Shown here: one piece after another, positions 38,879-51,841 of the stretch
How the letters are laid out: each line of letters begins with the position of its first letter
How positions within the stretch are numbered: the first letter of the stretch is position 1
Assembly: GCA_040954595.2 (NCBI GenBank)
Contig: CM082590.2
Span: 3,472,001 to 3,536,000, forward strand
Length of the DNA stretch: 64,000 nt
DNA from: Balanoglossus misakiensis
Lineage: Eukaryota > Animalia > Hemichordata
Reading direction: 5' to 3'
Program-made: the position numbers and the translations under genes
The notes under the pieces: generated by a model
Database searches by the model: none
Told to the model about the DNA's origin: nothing
The model's input: only the letters and a program-made list of their open reading frames with translations

Positions 38879-39197
38879 ATATTATACCAGTATATTGATG
38901 GTGTAAATCACGCTATTTTATTGGTCGAGACACGACACGTGACTATGATATATTAGTCATATACCACAGTCATATCATATATCATAGTCAAAGAAAATGC
39001 GTTTTTAAATGTTTTATGCAAAGTTTCAATATACTGGCATAATATAATAGCAATAAAACACCCCCAGCCATGGTATACCACTCGATTTTGATCAGTTCAA
39101 CTCCATATACACACTCGCTATCGCTCGTGCGTATATGTCGTGAACTGGTCAAAATCTCGTGGTATACCATGGTTTGGGGTGTTTTATTGCTTAAATA
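38879..39197 (+). mobile_element. ~320 bp non-autonomous element ending in a ~140 bp hairpin (copy 1)
   Basis: Palindrome AGCAATAAAACACCCCCAGCCATGGTATACCAC...GTGGTATACCATGG..GGGGTGTTTTATTGCT at 39049-39191; inverted copy at 48114-48429. Confidence 0.8.
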
Positions 39198-39361
39198 TAC
39201 AACATCGCGCAATATGATGAAATCGCGCGCATCATGCAAGAACTATGACGTCATTCCACACTACGGCAGCCAGAGAAACAAAAAAATTACAATATTAATA
39301 AAATTGCCTACCTACCTACCCTGTTTTGAAAACCATGTAATCGGAACACATATATTATTTT

Positions 39362-39560
39362 ACTGTTGCCTAAGAGTGGAAGAGTGATGTTCAAACTTCT
39401 TCGACACGGTGATGATTCTTGCTGCTGTGTTTTGTGAGTGCTGAAGTAGATGTATTGCAGATTGAGGAAGACCAAAAAGTAACGAATTGCAGTAATCAAG
39501 TTTGGTTGAAAGAACTGCGTGAATAAAAGTACAACAATCATTAGAAGACAGGTACTGGCA
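39362..39560 (-). mobile_element. L2/CR1-clade LINE ORF2 C-terminal fragment
   Basis: FIHAVLSTKLDYCNSLLFGLPQSAIHLLQHSQNTAARII matches the post-RT SRLDYCNSLL.GLP...LQ..QN.AAR motif. Confidence 0.8.
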
Positions 39561-39630
39561 TATTGATCCGGTGCGTCGAAGACGAAAAACACACAAGTTG
39601 TCAGGCCTACTCTCTTGGAGTGAGGAAGAA

Positions 39631-39691
39631 CCCAAACCCTAACCCTAGCCCTAACCCTAACCCTAGGAGTGAGGAGAAACCCTAACCCTAA
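39631..39691. repeat. Short interstitial telomere-type (CCCTAA)n repeats
   Basis: About 7 CCCTAA-like hexamers in two blocks, each preceded by GGAGTGAGGA. Confidence 0.8.
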
Positions 39692-39874
39692 TTAGGGTCC
39701 AATTGGTCCCCCATGTAACCCGAATTCAAAGGTCTACCAAAAAAAAACATTATGTTTTTTAAAGGTTATAAACACTGTAAATGATAGATTTCAATGAAAA
39801 TTATTTATTTTAAGTTATTGAAGCTCTAACCCTTGTATATTTCAGGGAGATTAAATCGGTTAAGTTTATCGGTT

Positions 39875-42800
39875 AAGGTACCTTAAGGGATTTTGTTAAA
39901 AGCCTTTTAGTTGACCCTAATAAGTAATCCAGGTGTTATTCAATTGTATAAGTGTCCCCTTCTACCCCCCTGCAGGAAAAAAGTGCAAAAATGTTGGTCC
40001 AAAAAATGCAGTAAAATTCTTATACTTACTGTGAACTGGCTGCATCAGAAAAAAACCAAAATCTTCACAAGCATGATTTTTGGCATAAAAATCGTTATTT
40101 CACCGAATTTTGAAAAACCTTTGGCACGTTTGTAATATTTTGGATGCTGATTTATTTTATATTAACATTTTTAAAATTCAACAAGATTTAGGAATATTGT
40201 TCAATAAACCTGTGTTGGGGACCACTTTGATGTTACCTGTGTATTGTCTATGGGCGAAAATGCGAACTTTCTAAATTGTTGCAATTTCATTGTTTTTAAA
40301 CATACAGCTGTCAAACTCACATATGTATTAAAGTTGACATAACAGCTTTCAAAACTAGTTTCAGTTTTAAAATTGAAGGTCGCTAAGTGTATGAGTTGTA
40401 GGTTACAAAAAAAAAACACCAAAGGTGAATTTTAAAATTTTCATGCTTGTTTTGTTCTGAGCACACCAGTTTGTTTATTTCTTAGGCTTTCACTTTGATT
40501 GTTCAATATGTTGTAGATATGAAAATGTTCTTTTAAAAACAGGTTACACTTTTGAAATCGGTGGACGGGAAGTTGTCCAATTAATGTCATGTATGTGGTG
40601 CACCCTAAATTAACTGTATCCTGATTTTTTTTACATATACACTTTGCTTTTTTAAGATTATTTTTTTTATTTTAAGCATTTCAAAAATGAAACTTTGGGT
40701 AGACCATTATGAGATGTTATAGAATATTGAAAAGTTTACACTATTAAGATTGGACACCATTAAATATTTCAAATAATGCTGCAAAATAGACTGAAATAAC
40801 TCCCATTGACTTAACATGTATAAAAACAAAAGAATAAGTTTTTGGGGACACTTGGAAATTTTTTTTATGTTGAAAACTCGGCGAAAAACGGGTTGTTTTA
40901 TGCTTATTCTAAAGAAAATCTTACAATCCAATATGTGGTTTTTAAGCTCATATTCTGGGCTCTCTAACCCTGAAAACTGTTTTCCAAAAATCATAGAAAT
41001 AAAATCAGAGAGCCAACGATTACAATTTGTTACAATCGTATTTTGCACTCACTTCCGGGTTTCGGCCAAATGCAGACAAATACTTTTTATAAAAGGCTTC
41101 GTTTTATGCTTATTCTAACAATTATCTAACAATCCAATATATGGTTTTAAAGCTTAGAATCTTAGCTCTCTAACAGCTAAAACCGTTTTTCAAAAATCGT
41201 AGAAGTGAAATCAGGGAGCCAACGATTACAATTTGTTATAGTCTTTTTTCGCGTATAGGGTTAGGTACATAGGGATTTGGGCGACAGGCAAAATCCTCAT
41301 TTTTTTTAGGTTAAGTTTACATCACTTCTGACTCACTTAGAGTGGGCCGATCTTTAAAGTGTAACGTGTTTTGAAATCGTCAATTACTGCTCTAAAACAT
41401 GTTAAAGACTCGAGTTGGTATCTTTTAGAATAAATTAATAGGTTTGCTAAAAATAAAGTGATGTTTAAGTGATTCTTTTGTTTTTATGCATGTTAAAGAA
41501 TAGGACAAATTATAATATTTGTGACCCTATCCTGATTTGTACAATTAAAGTAGCTTGAGTACTGTTTTTTTCAGGATGTATAGACATTTGAATTATCTAT
41601 GCTATAGTACATTATTTTTTTTAAATGTAGACAAGAAGTTATAAATATGTAATTATGAAAAATAATGTCAGTGCCCCATAGGCTTTACACTGTAGACAAC
41701 AGGGTGTCATAGGTTAAAATTTTGGAAAGTAAGAAAACATGTTGTTTAAAGCTTGTTATTTTCAAAATGTGTTAAGAACATGATGGGATACTGCATACAT
41801 GTTTTTTAAAGTTGTTACATGTACAGCAATGCCAGTAGCTATTGAGTCAAAATAGGTAATTCAAATATCTCACAATGACATTTTGGTTATATTGCCATGT
41901 GTTTGCAAAGTTGCTATAAACACTTAGCATTGTCCAATTTAAAAACAATTTTCTGTTTTGAAAAGGATATAATAAACTTCATAACAGATTGAAGAATCAA
42001 ATTGATAGTATTAGGAATATGGAAACTGCATAGTTCCAAGAAAGGCACTGTCAATCGACAAAGTAGACAATGCTGTTGGACCCCATTAACAGCATATATT
42101 ATCACCCAAAATTGACATTGTTTGTACCACTCTGGTTTCTTTATTGATTCAGCAATGAAGTTCACACTTTAACAATATTTTAAATACATATTGTTCTTTA
42201 TAATACATATGAAACAGTTTTAAAATTGGATGATGCTAAGTGTTTAAACCAACTTTGCAAACATATATTGAAATATAACAAAATTGTCATCGTCAGATTT
42301 ATGAATTGCCTATTTTGACTCAATAGCTACTGGCATTGCTGTACATGTAACAACTTTAAAAAAATGTATGGAGTATCCCATCATGTTCTTAACACATTTT
42401 GAAAATAACAAGCATTAAACAACATGTTTTCTTACTTTCCTAAATTTTAACCTATGACACCCTGTTGTCTACAGTGTAAAGCCTATGGGGCACTGACATT
42501 ATTTTTCATAATTACAGTTTTATAACTTCTTGTCTACATTGTCTCATTTAGAGTGGGCCGATCTTTAAAGTGTAACCTGTTTTGAAATCGTCAACTACTG
42601 CTCTAAAACATATTGAAGACCTGATGTGGTATCCTTAAGAATAAATTAATATTTGTGCCAACAAAAAAGTGATGTTTAAGTGATTCTTTTGTTTTTATGC
42701 AGGTTAAAGAATAGAACAAATGATAAAACTTAAGACCCTACCCTAAGATGTACAATAAAGGAGATTTAGTACTGATTTTTTTTTCAGGAAGAATAGACAT

Positions 42801-43368
42801 ATAAATTCTCTATTCTGGAGTACATTAATATTTAATCAATGTCGACAAAAGTTATAAAAATATAATTATGAAACCAAAATGTTTGTGCCCCATAGGCTTA
42901 ACACTGTAGGAAACCAAGGTGTCATAGGAAAACATTTAGGGAAGTAGGAAAACATGTCGTTTAAAGCTTGTTATTTTCAGAGACTGTTTAGAACATGATG
43001 GGATACTACATACATTTTGTTAAAGTTGTAATCTGTACAGTAATGCCAGTAGCTATTGATACAAACTAGGTAATTCATAAATCTCACATGGACATTTTCG
43101 TTATATTGCCACTTTATTTTTGGCACACCAGTTGATTTATTCTTGAAGATTACACATTGGGTCTTGAATATGTTTTAGAGTAATGATTGGCGATCTCCAA
43201 TCAGGGTACACTTTTAAGATCGACCTACTCCAAGTGTGTAAAATCTGATTTAATAACATGCATCCACTGTTCATGTAATACATTGGCAAGTTTAAATTAG
43301 GGACCAGAGTTTATCACTTACCTTAGCTTCATTTCTCTTCATGATTGCATTGGTTCATTTCCTGTAGA
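39875..43368. repeat. ~3.5 kb AT-rich direct repeat, copy 1 (internal inverted and direct subrepeats)
   Basis: Collinear with 44499-47987 from AAGGTACCTTAA to TTTCCTGTAGA, offset ~4620 bp. Confidence 0.95.
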
Positions 43369-43548
43369 TTATTGTGCATGTTACAACAGATTGACTTCAA
43401 AAGTACTGCATTTTAAAGTCGGCAGTACTTAGGAAGTACACATATTGGGCAGCACTTTAAACCACTGCATCTTCTTCAAAACATGTATGTATTTATTGAG
43501 TGCATGTAAGTGTGTGTCAGTGTTATGATAATATTAATAATAATTATA

Positions 43549-43900
43549 ATGTTACAGAGACCTTATAAATAAATAAGTACATTGAAAATAATCTGTTGAA
43601 AAGTATACGTATTACATTACAACATTACAAATATTAAATAAGTGACTTAATAATAATGCTTTTCAAAAAAATATGTTACAGAGACCTTATAAATAAATAA
43701 GTACATTGAAAATGATCAGTTGAAAAGTATACGTATTACATTACAACATATTACAAATATTAAATAAGCAACTTAATAATAATGCTTTTCAAAAAGATAT
43801 GTTACAGAGACATTATAAATAAATAAGTACATTGAAAATAATCTGTTGAAAAGTATAAATTCTACAATAAAACATATTACAAATATTAAATAAGTTCAAA
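43549..43900. repeat. ~3 copies of a ~125 bp AT-rich tandem unit
   Basis: ATGTTACAGAGAC(C/A)TTATAAATAAATAAGTACATTG recurs at ~43549, ~43673 and ~43799. Confidence 0.9.
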
Positions 43901-44498
43901 AAGATATCTTACAAAGACATTTAATATGTAAGAATAAGTGTGTGTATATGTGTGTTTGTTGGTTTGTCTTTTAAGTTGATTTTTCTCTCTTATCTACCCT
44001 ATTAATTTTGTCCTTTCTTATTCTTAATTGACGTACGGACACGGTGGCAAATTTGTTTGGTTGAGAATTCCACCATTTCATCAGCCAAAGTTGGGTTGTC
44101 TTCTTGTACTTTTCAACATCTTTGCTGCTAACTTTACCAACTGTTATCTCTTCTGCAAACATTTCTTCAATGGCTTGCTAAAAGTGCGACGGCCGTGTTT
44201 AATACTTTGGCCTGAAGTTTGACTTATATTGCCCCCCCCCCCCCTGTACCAGGGCTGCCAGTCATCTCCACACCACCCTCATCTGTATTGTCAACAAAAG
44301 GCCTTTTGGATATGGCCAGTTTTGAAAACAAACAAGTTGCACTCACTTTCATTTTGTTTCTTCCATTTTTTATTCACAACTATCTTGGAACACAATTAAC
44401 GCATTGAATAGGTAACACTCGCAGATTCCTGCACACTTTTTGTCATGGCATAAAAAAATGCCTGTGTGCCATGTGTGATGTGAGGGGCACTGCCAGTA

Positions 44499-47400
44499 AA
44501 GGTACCTTAATGGAATTGGTTAAAAGCATTTTGGTTGAACCTAATGAGTAATCCAGGTGTTATTCAGTTGTATAAGTGTCCCCCTTCTAACCCCCTACAG
44601 GAAAAAAACGTGAAAAAATGTTGGTCCTAAAAATGCAGTTAAATTCTTATACTTACTGTGAACTGGCTGCATCAGAAAAAAAATGAAATCTTCACAAGCA
44701 TGATTTTTGGCATTAAAATCGTTATTTCACCGAATTTTGAAAAACCTTTGGCATGTTTGTAATTTTTTTGATGCTGATTTTTTTTATACTAAAATTTTTA
44801 AAATTCATAAAGATTAAGGAAAATTATTCAACAAACCTGTGTTGGGGACCACTTTGATGTTACCTGTGTATTGTCTATGGGCGAAAATGCGAATTTTCTA
44901 AATTGTTGCAATTTCATTGTTTTTAAACATACAGCTGTCAAACTCACATGTATTAAAGTTGACATAACAGCTTTCAAAACTAGTTTCAGTTTTAAAATTG
45001 AAGGTCGCTAAGTATGTGAGTTGTAGGTTACAAAATACATACCAAAGGTGAATTTTAAAATTTTCATGCTTGTTTTTTTCGGAGCACTCCAGTTTGTTTA
45101 TTTCTTAGGCTTTCACTTTGATTGTTCAATATGTTGTAGATATGAAAATGTTCTTTTAAAAACAGGTTACTTTTTTGAAATCGGTGGATGGGAAGTTGAC
45201 CAATTAATGTCATGTATGTGGTGCACCCTAAATTAACTGTATCCTGATTTTTTTTTTTAAATATACACTTTGCTTTGTTAAGATTATTTTTTTATTTAAT
45301 GCATTTCAAAGATGAAACTTTTGGTAAACCATTATGAGATGTTATAGAATATTAAAAAGTTTACACTATTAGGATTGGACACCATTAAGTATTTCAAATA
45401 ATTCTGCATAATAGACTGAAATAACTCCCATTGACTTAACATGTATAAAAACAAAAGAATAAGTTTTTGTGGACACTTGGAGATTTTTTTATGTTGAAAA
45501 CTCGGCGAAAAACGGGTTGTTTTATGCTTATTCTAACGAAAATCTTATAATCCAATATATGGTTTTTTAGCTCAGATTCTGGGCTCTCTAACCCTGAAAA
45601 CAGTTTTCCAAAAATCATAGAAATAAAATCAGAGAGCCAACGATTACAATTTGTTACGATCGTATTTTGCACTCACTTCCGGGTTTCGGCGAATTGCAGA
45701 CAAATACTTTTTATATAAAAGGCTTCGTTTTATGCTTATTCTAACAATTTTCTAACAATCCAATATATGGTTTTAAAGCTTAGAATCTTGGCTCTCTAAC
45801 CGCTGAAACCGTTTTTCAAAAATCGTAGAATTGAAATCAGGGAGCCAACGATTACAATTTATTATTGTATTTTTTCGTGTGTAGGGTTAGGTACATAGGG
45901 ATTTTGGCGACAGGCAAAGTCCTCAGTTTATGTAAGTTAAGTTTACATCACTTCTGACTCACTTAGAGTGGGCCGATCTTTAAAGTGAAACGTGTTTTGA
46001 AATCGTCAATTACTGCTCTAAAACATGTTAAAGACCCGAGTTGGTATCTTTTAGAATAAATTAATAGGTTTGCTAAAAATAAAGTGATGTTTAAGTGATT
46101 CTTTTGTTTTTCTGCATGTTAAAGAATAATACAAATTATAATATTTGTGACCCTATCCTGATTTGTACAATTAAAGTAGCTTGAGTACTGTTTTTTTCAG
46201 GATGTATAGACATGTGAATTCTCTATACTATAGTACATTATTTTTTTAAAATGTAGACAAGAAGTTATAAAACTGTAATTATGAAAAATAATGTCAGTGC
46301 CCCATAGGCTTTACACTGTAGACAACAGGGTGTCATAGGTTAAATTTTGGAAAGTAAGAAAACATGTTGTTTAAAGCTTGTTATTTTCAAAATGTGTTAA
46401 GAACATGATCGGATACTCCATACATTTTTTTAAAGTTGTTACATGTACAGCAATGCCAGTAGCTATTGGGTCAAAATAGGTAATTCATATATCTCACAAT
46501 GACATTTTTGTTATATTGCCATGTGTTTGCAAAGTTGCTATAAACACCTACCATCGTCCAATTTAAAAAAACGTTTTCTGTTTTGAAAAGGGTATAAAAA
46601 CTACATTACAGATTGAAGAATCAAATTGATAGTGTTAGGAATAAGGAAACCGCATTGTTCCAAGAAAGGCGCTGTCAATCGACAAAGTAGACAATGCTGT
46701 TTGACCCCTTTAACAGCATATATTATCACCCAAAATTGACATTGTTTGTACCACTCTGGTTTCTTTATTTATTCAGCAATGAAGTTCTCACTTTAACAAT
46801 ATATTAAATACATAATGTTCTTTATAATACATATGAAACAGTTTTAAAATTGGATGATGCTAAGTGTTTAAACCAACTTTGCAAACATACATTGAAATAT
46901 GTCAAAATTGTCATTGTCAGATTTATGAATTACCTGTTTTGACTCAATACCTATTGGCATTGCTGTACATGTAACAACTTTAAAAAAAATGTATGGAGTA
47001 TCCCATCATGTTCTTAACACATTCTGAAAATAACAAGCTTTAAACAACATGTTTTCTTTCATTCCTTAATTTTTACCTATGACACCCTGTATTCTATATT
47101 TTAAAGCCTATTGTTCACTAATATTTTGTTTCATAATTATACTTTTATAACTTCTTGTCTACATTGTTTCATTTAGAGTGGGCAGATCTTTAAAGTGTAA
47201 CCTGTTTTGAAATCGTCAACTACTGCTCTAAAACATTTTGAAGACCTGATGTGGTATCCTTAAGAATAAATTAATATTTGCGCCAACAAAAAGTGATGTT
47301 TAAGTGATTCTTTTGTTTTTATGCATGTTAAAGATAGAACAAATGGTAAAACTTAAAACCCTACCCTAAGATGTACAATAAAGGAGATTTAGTACTGATT

Positions 47401-47987
47401 TTTTCAGGAATAATAGACATATAAATTCTCTATTCTGGAGTACATTAATATTAAATAAATAAAGACAAAAGTTATAAAAATATAATTATGAAACAAAATG
47501 TTTGTGCCCCATAGGCTTAACACTGTAGAAAACCAGGTGTCATAGGTAAAAATTTTGGAAAGTAAGAAAATGTGTTGTTTAAAGCTTGTTATTTGCAGAG
47601 ACTGTTAAGAACATGATGGGATACGACATACATTTTTTTAAAGTTTTTACCTGTACAGTAATGCCAGTGGCTATCGATACAAACTAGGTAATTCATAAAT
47701 CTCACATGGACATTTTCGTTATACTGCCACTTTATTTTTTGCACACCAGTTGATTTATTCTTGAAGATTTCACATCGGATCTTCAATATGTTTTAGAGTA
47801 ATGATTGGCGATCTCCAAACAGGGTACACTTTTAAGATCGACCTACTCCAAGTGTGTAATATCTTATTTAATAACATGCATCCACTGTTCATGTAATAAA
47901 TTGGCAAGTTTAAATTAGGGACCAGTGTTTATCACTTAACCTTAGCTTCATTTCTCTTCATGATTGCATTAGTTCATTTCCTGTAGA
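44499..47987. repeat. ~3.5 kb AT-rich direct repeat, copy 2
   Basis: Collinear with 39875-43368. Confidence 0.95.
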
Positions 47988-48113
47988 CCGCAGGGAGGGC
48001 GGGAATCGTTGTACGACCGATGGCCGCAAAACCCGTATCAGGGCCGTAAAGGTTTTATCATATGCCTTATTGAACGATAATCTACAAGAAACTAATAAAA
48101 TACACATTGTGTA

Positions 48114-48429
48114 ATATTTAAGCAATAAAACACCCCCAGCCATGGTATACCACGAGATTTTGACCAGTTCACGACATATACGCACGAGCGATAGCGAGTG
48201 CGTATATGGAGTTGAACCGGTCAAAATCGAGTGGTATACCATGGCTGGGGGTGTTTTATTGCTATTATATTATGCCAGTATATTGAAACTTTGCATAAAA
48301 CATTTTAAAAAGGAAATTTCTTTGACTATGATATATGACTGTGGTATATGGCTAATATATCACGGTCACGTGTCGTGTCTCGACCAATCAAATAGCGTGA
48401 TTTACACCATCAATATACTGGTATAATAT
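48114..48429 (-). mobile_element. ~320 bp hairpin-ended element (copy 2, inverted relative to copy 1)
   Basis: Reverse complement of 38879-39197. Confidence 0.8.
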
Positions 48430-49259
48430 AATTTGGAATATAAATATTACGTGTTTATCTATCGTTTTGAAATGATCCATCCCGTAGCATAGAGGCGCAT
48501 TTCTCCAGTTCTTGCGGATTGATATGCATGATGTCATTTGTTTACATTCTATTGCACGTGAGATATAAACACGCTCGAACTCACACAGCCGAGCGCGAGC
48601 AAAACATTATTTTTTCTTCGCGACGATCGACGTCGACAGTCACATATTAATCAGATCAAATCATCAATTTTACTATTCATATTCCCAAATAAAGCTCTAC
48701 AACATGCAACGATTACGGGAGATGATAGTATTCGGTAGCGGCATAGGACATACACCCACTGCAAGTGCACTAGTCATTGACACCGCACCAGAAAATTTAA
48801 TTCAGAACGTAGCAACGACTACTTTCGAATCTCGCGGAATAAACACAAAACTAGATCCGGATATTGAACGAGTCTTCCAAATATGGTCACCGGGCCGGGC
48901 GTGATAAGCAAAAAAACTGCACGGATGTGAGGGCGCTTTCCCCATAGACTTTACATGGGCATGTGAATATAGGCATATGATAATATACATCATAGCCTGT
49001 TTATACAGGTGTAGACGAGAAAACAATTCTCGTGGGCCCTGATGTTGCTGAAGTTTTATGTGCCGCAACAATCACAACCAATCCCTTGTCAGTCTCTTTG
49101 GCTGCTCTAACATCCCCAACTGTTATGTTTGTATAGGCACAATTTCTTTGCGCATTGTCTAGGACTAGTTGCACCATATTGTGGCCAGACATTAAGCAAA
49201 AATCTTCTCGTGAAACCCTTTGTCAGTCTCTTTGGCTGCTCTTACATCCCCAACTGTTA

Positions 49260-51841
49260 TATTCAAAACCGCGGCACACAGCGATATCCATCCGCCATAT
49301 GCAAATAAGCCGAAGTATAAAAGCAACGAGCAACGTACAGTCTGTCCCTCCCTTGCAATAGGCCACGACAGCACGAACCACGGCTCAAACTGGTTCCGCA
49401 GTTCGAGCTTTTGTGGACTCACACCAGGACTCCGCCGAACTATCCGGTCGCCATCCAAGACCCGGTCCCGGTGGTGCCACACCCCAGCAAAATGCTGCAC
49501 CAACACCAGCAAGTGGAGAGGCAACAGGCGTCAGCAGCAGTGTAACCAGGGTTAGTTTTCCCCCTTGTATGCCTCCGGTCATTTCGGTTTTGATTTGCAG
49601 TTCGGTCCCCTGTTGTTGTTTTTTATGCACTACGGTTCACCACATTTCTCCCCTCGCGTTGTTTTTCGGCTTTCGAATTTTCTTAGTGCAGGTGGAAGGC
49701 CAAATCACCAATTTGAAATTCCGCCACCTGTTAGGCCTGACACCACCTGTTTCGCCAATTGAAAAAAAAACGATGCCTTTCCCCTACGTAACAGGCATGG
49801 TAGAACTGAATGGAGATTGTATTTTATTTTCTATGCAATATGCGTCGAATACTTGGAGTTACAGGAGTGAGCGGCAGGCCAGGCAGTGTGATATACTGCG
49901 AGAGCGCCAACATTTGTTTGTTAAATAGAGCTGGGTGGGTTATACCTATGAGTGCCAAGGAGACCGGCCAGGCAGTTCATCCGGTGATGACTGCGAGAGC
50001 GCCGAATTATTGTGGCTGAGGCCAAAGGAAATACATAGGCTCGAGGGAGGAGCAATGTGAGCGGTCATTTACGTAGCAGACGCATGTTCGCCTTGAATTT
50101 GCTGATGCCTATGTAATGAAGCGCTCGCCCTGTAAACAAAAGGGGAGTCTTCAGTACGGGAGAGCAAGTATACTCTCCACCCGTGGTAAAGGGCAGAGAA
50201 GTTATTGTATGTGTACGTTTACTTGTATTGCAGAAAGGGGAGTTGGAGAACCTAAAGAAGCCAGGTAAAAAAAACTGCAAGAATTGACAGAAACCGCATC
50301 GCCGCACTGAGAAAAGAAATAAGGATGAACTAGTCACATGCTTTGTCTGCGGTGAGAAAGGGCATGTTGCCAGAGCCTGCCCAAAAAGAAAGTAGTATAC
50401 CTACATTGCTGTGTTTTTTCTCTCTCTTTGCTCGTTTATATTTATTCGTCACAGCAAGTCAAACATGGGTTACTCATCCACGTACACGCATGCACACTGT
50501 ACTAACACGCATACTTCTCTCGGTCGCCTGCACACTAATAGACGCCTTCATGCACACCCACACAATCGCATACTTTCGACCAACCGCTCGCACCATAGAC
50601 GGAACGCATTCACGCATATAAATACAAACGCACAAAACATGCCTGAGCAACTCAGATGGAGCAAACGCTACACGGACACCCACACTTAAGAACTTGCTGT
50701 GATGCTTTGATAACTTGAAATGTACGAAAAGTCTGGTTTGCTTACAACCCTCCGTGACAATTAAAAGGTTGTCTTGAGAATAAAATAAAAGAAAGAAAGA
50801 AAAAAAATGCTTTTATATCTCGCCTTCCTAGATTGACCCCACTCAACCAGTAGTGGATATCCCGTGTTTATCATACACCAAACATCGCCCCGAACGGAGG
50901 GAGGACTAAAACAGTCCTTTGCATTCCATGCAACCTCGCCTTACTGAGGTCCTGTCTAGGGGCTCCCTCAAGAAAACATTTTACATTTAGTAGCCCATAG
51001 TCTTTATCTATTCTTTTCTGTTCACTCCCTACGCATGGGAAACCGGCCCTGAGGAACTTCCAGTCGCCAGAAAGTCATACACATGGGTATCTCTTGAGGG
51101 CGCCCCTCGACAGGAGACCCGTTATCAATGTCGATGAGGTTCGTAAATCCAACAAGAAAGTGTCGCCCGCACTACTATCATTTAGAAACCCACATGAATT
51201 TGTCGCCGGGGGAATTCATAAGCCCAGGGAGGTGTGGAACGACGAAAAGCAGAACACAAAAAGATATGAGAACCTCAATGATTTAATTGGATTTTCCAAG
51301 GCTTTTGTTGTGGGTGTGTTTGTAGTGGTAACTTGTTTGTTACTTGGTTTGACTGTATTTTAAGGATTGGGGGGATACCCAACTCGGTAATAATGGGCTC
51401 AAGCACGAGGAGAATAGGCTTTGCGTCCGGATGCGCCTCCAAAAGCCCGGACCCATTCCTTTAACAATAGGCATATCCATGAGCGAGGTGATGCGGCTTT
51501 GAATACTTAGTTATTCAAAACCGCAGCACAGAGCGATATCCATCCGCCATATGCAAATAAGCCGAAGTATAAAAGCAACGAGCAACGTACAGTCTGTCCC
51601 TCCCTTGCAATAGGCCAAGAGAGCAGGGCTATGTGCGTAAACGGGACAGGGTGGGGATTTTATATGACCAGCCCCCTCGGTAAAATCCTTTGCGAATGTA
51701 TTCCCACCCGCCCTCCCACTTTTTCGAATATAAGAGTTTTACACACTTCGCTATGGATGCGCCTCCAAAAGCCCGGACCCATTCCTTTAACAATAGGCAT
51801 ATCCATGAGCGAGGTGATGCGGCTTTGAATACTTAGTTATT
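49260..51841 (+). mobile_element. Internally deleted DIRS-order retrotransposon with split direct repeats (Ngaro/PAT-like)
   Basis: A1 49260-49365, B1 51429-51515, A2 51512-51617, B2 51755-51841; gag CCHC knuckle CFVCGEKGHVARAC at 50321-50395; FVAGGIH...W remnant at ~51190-51240 resembling the start of the RT ORF. Confidence 0.8.
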
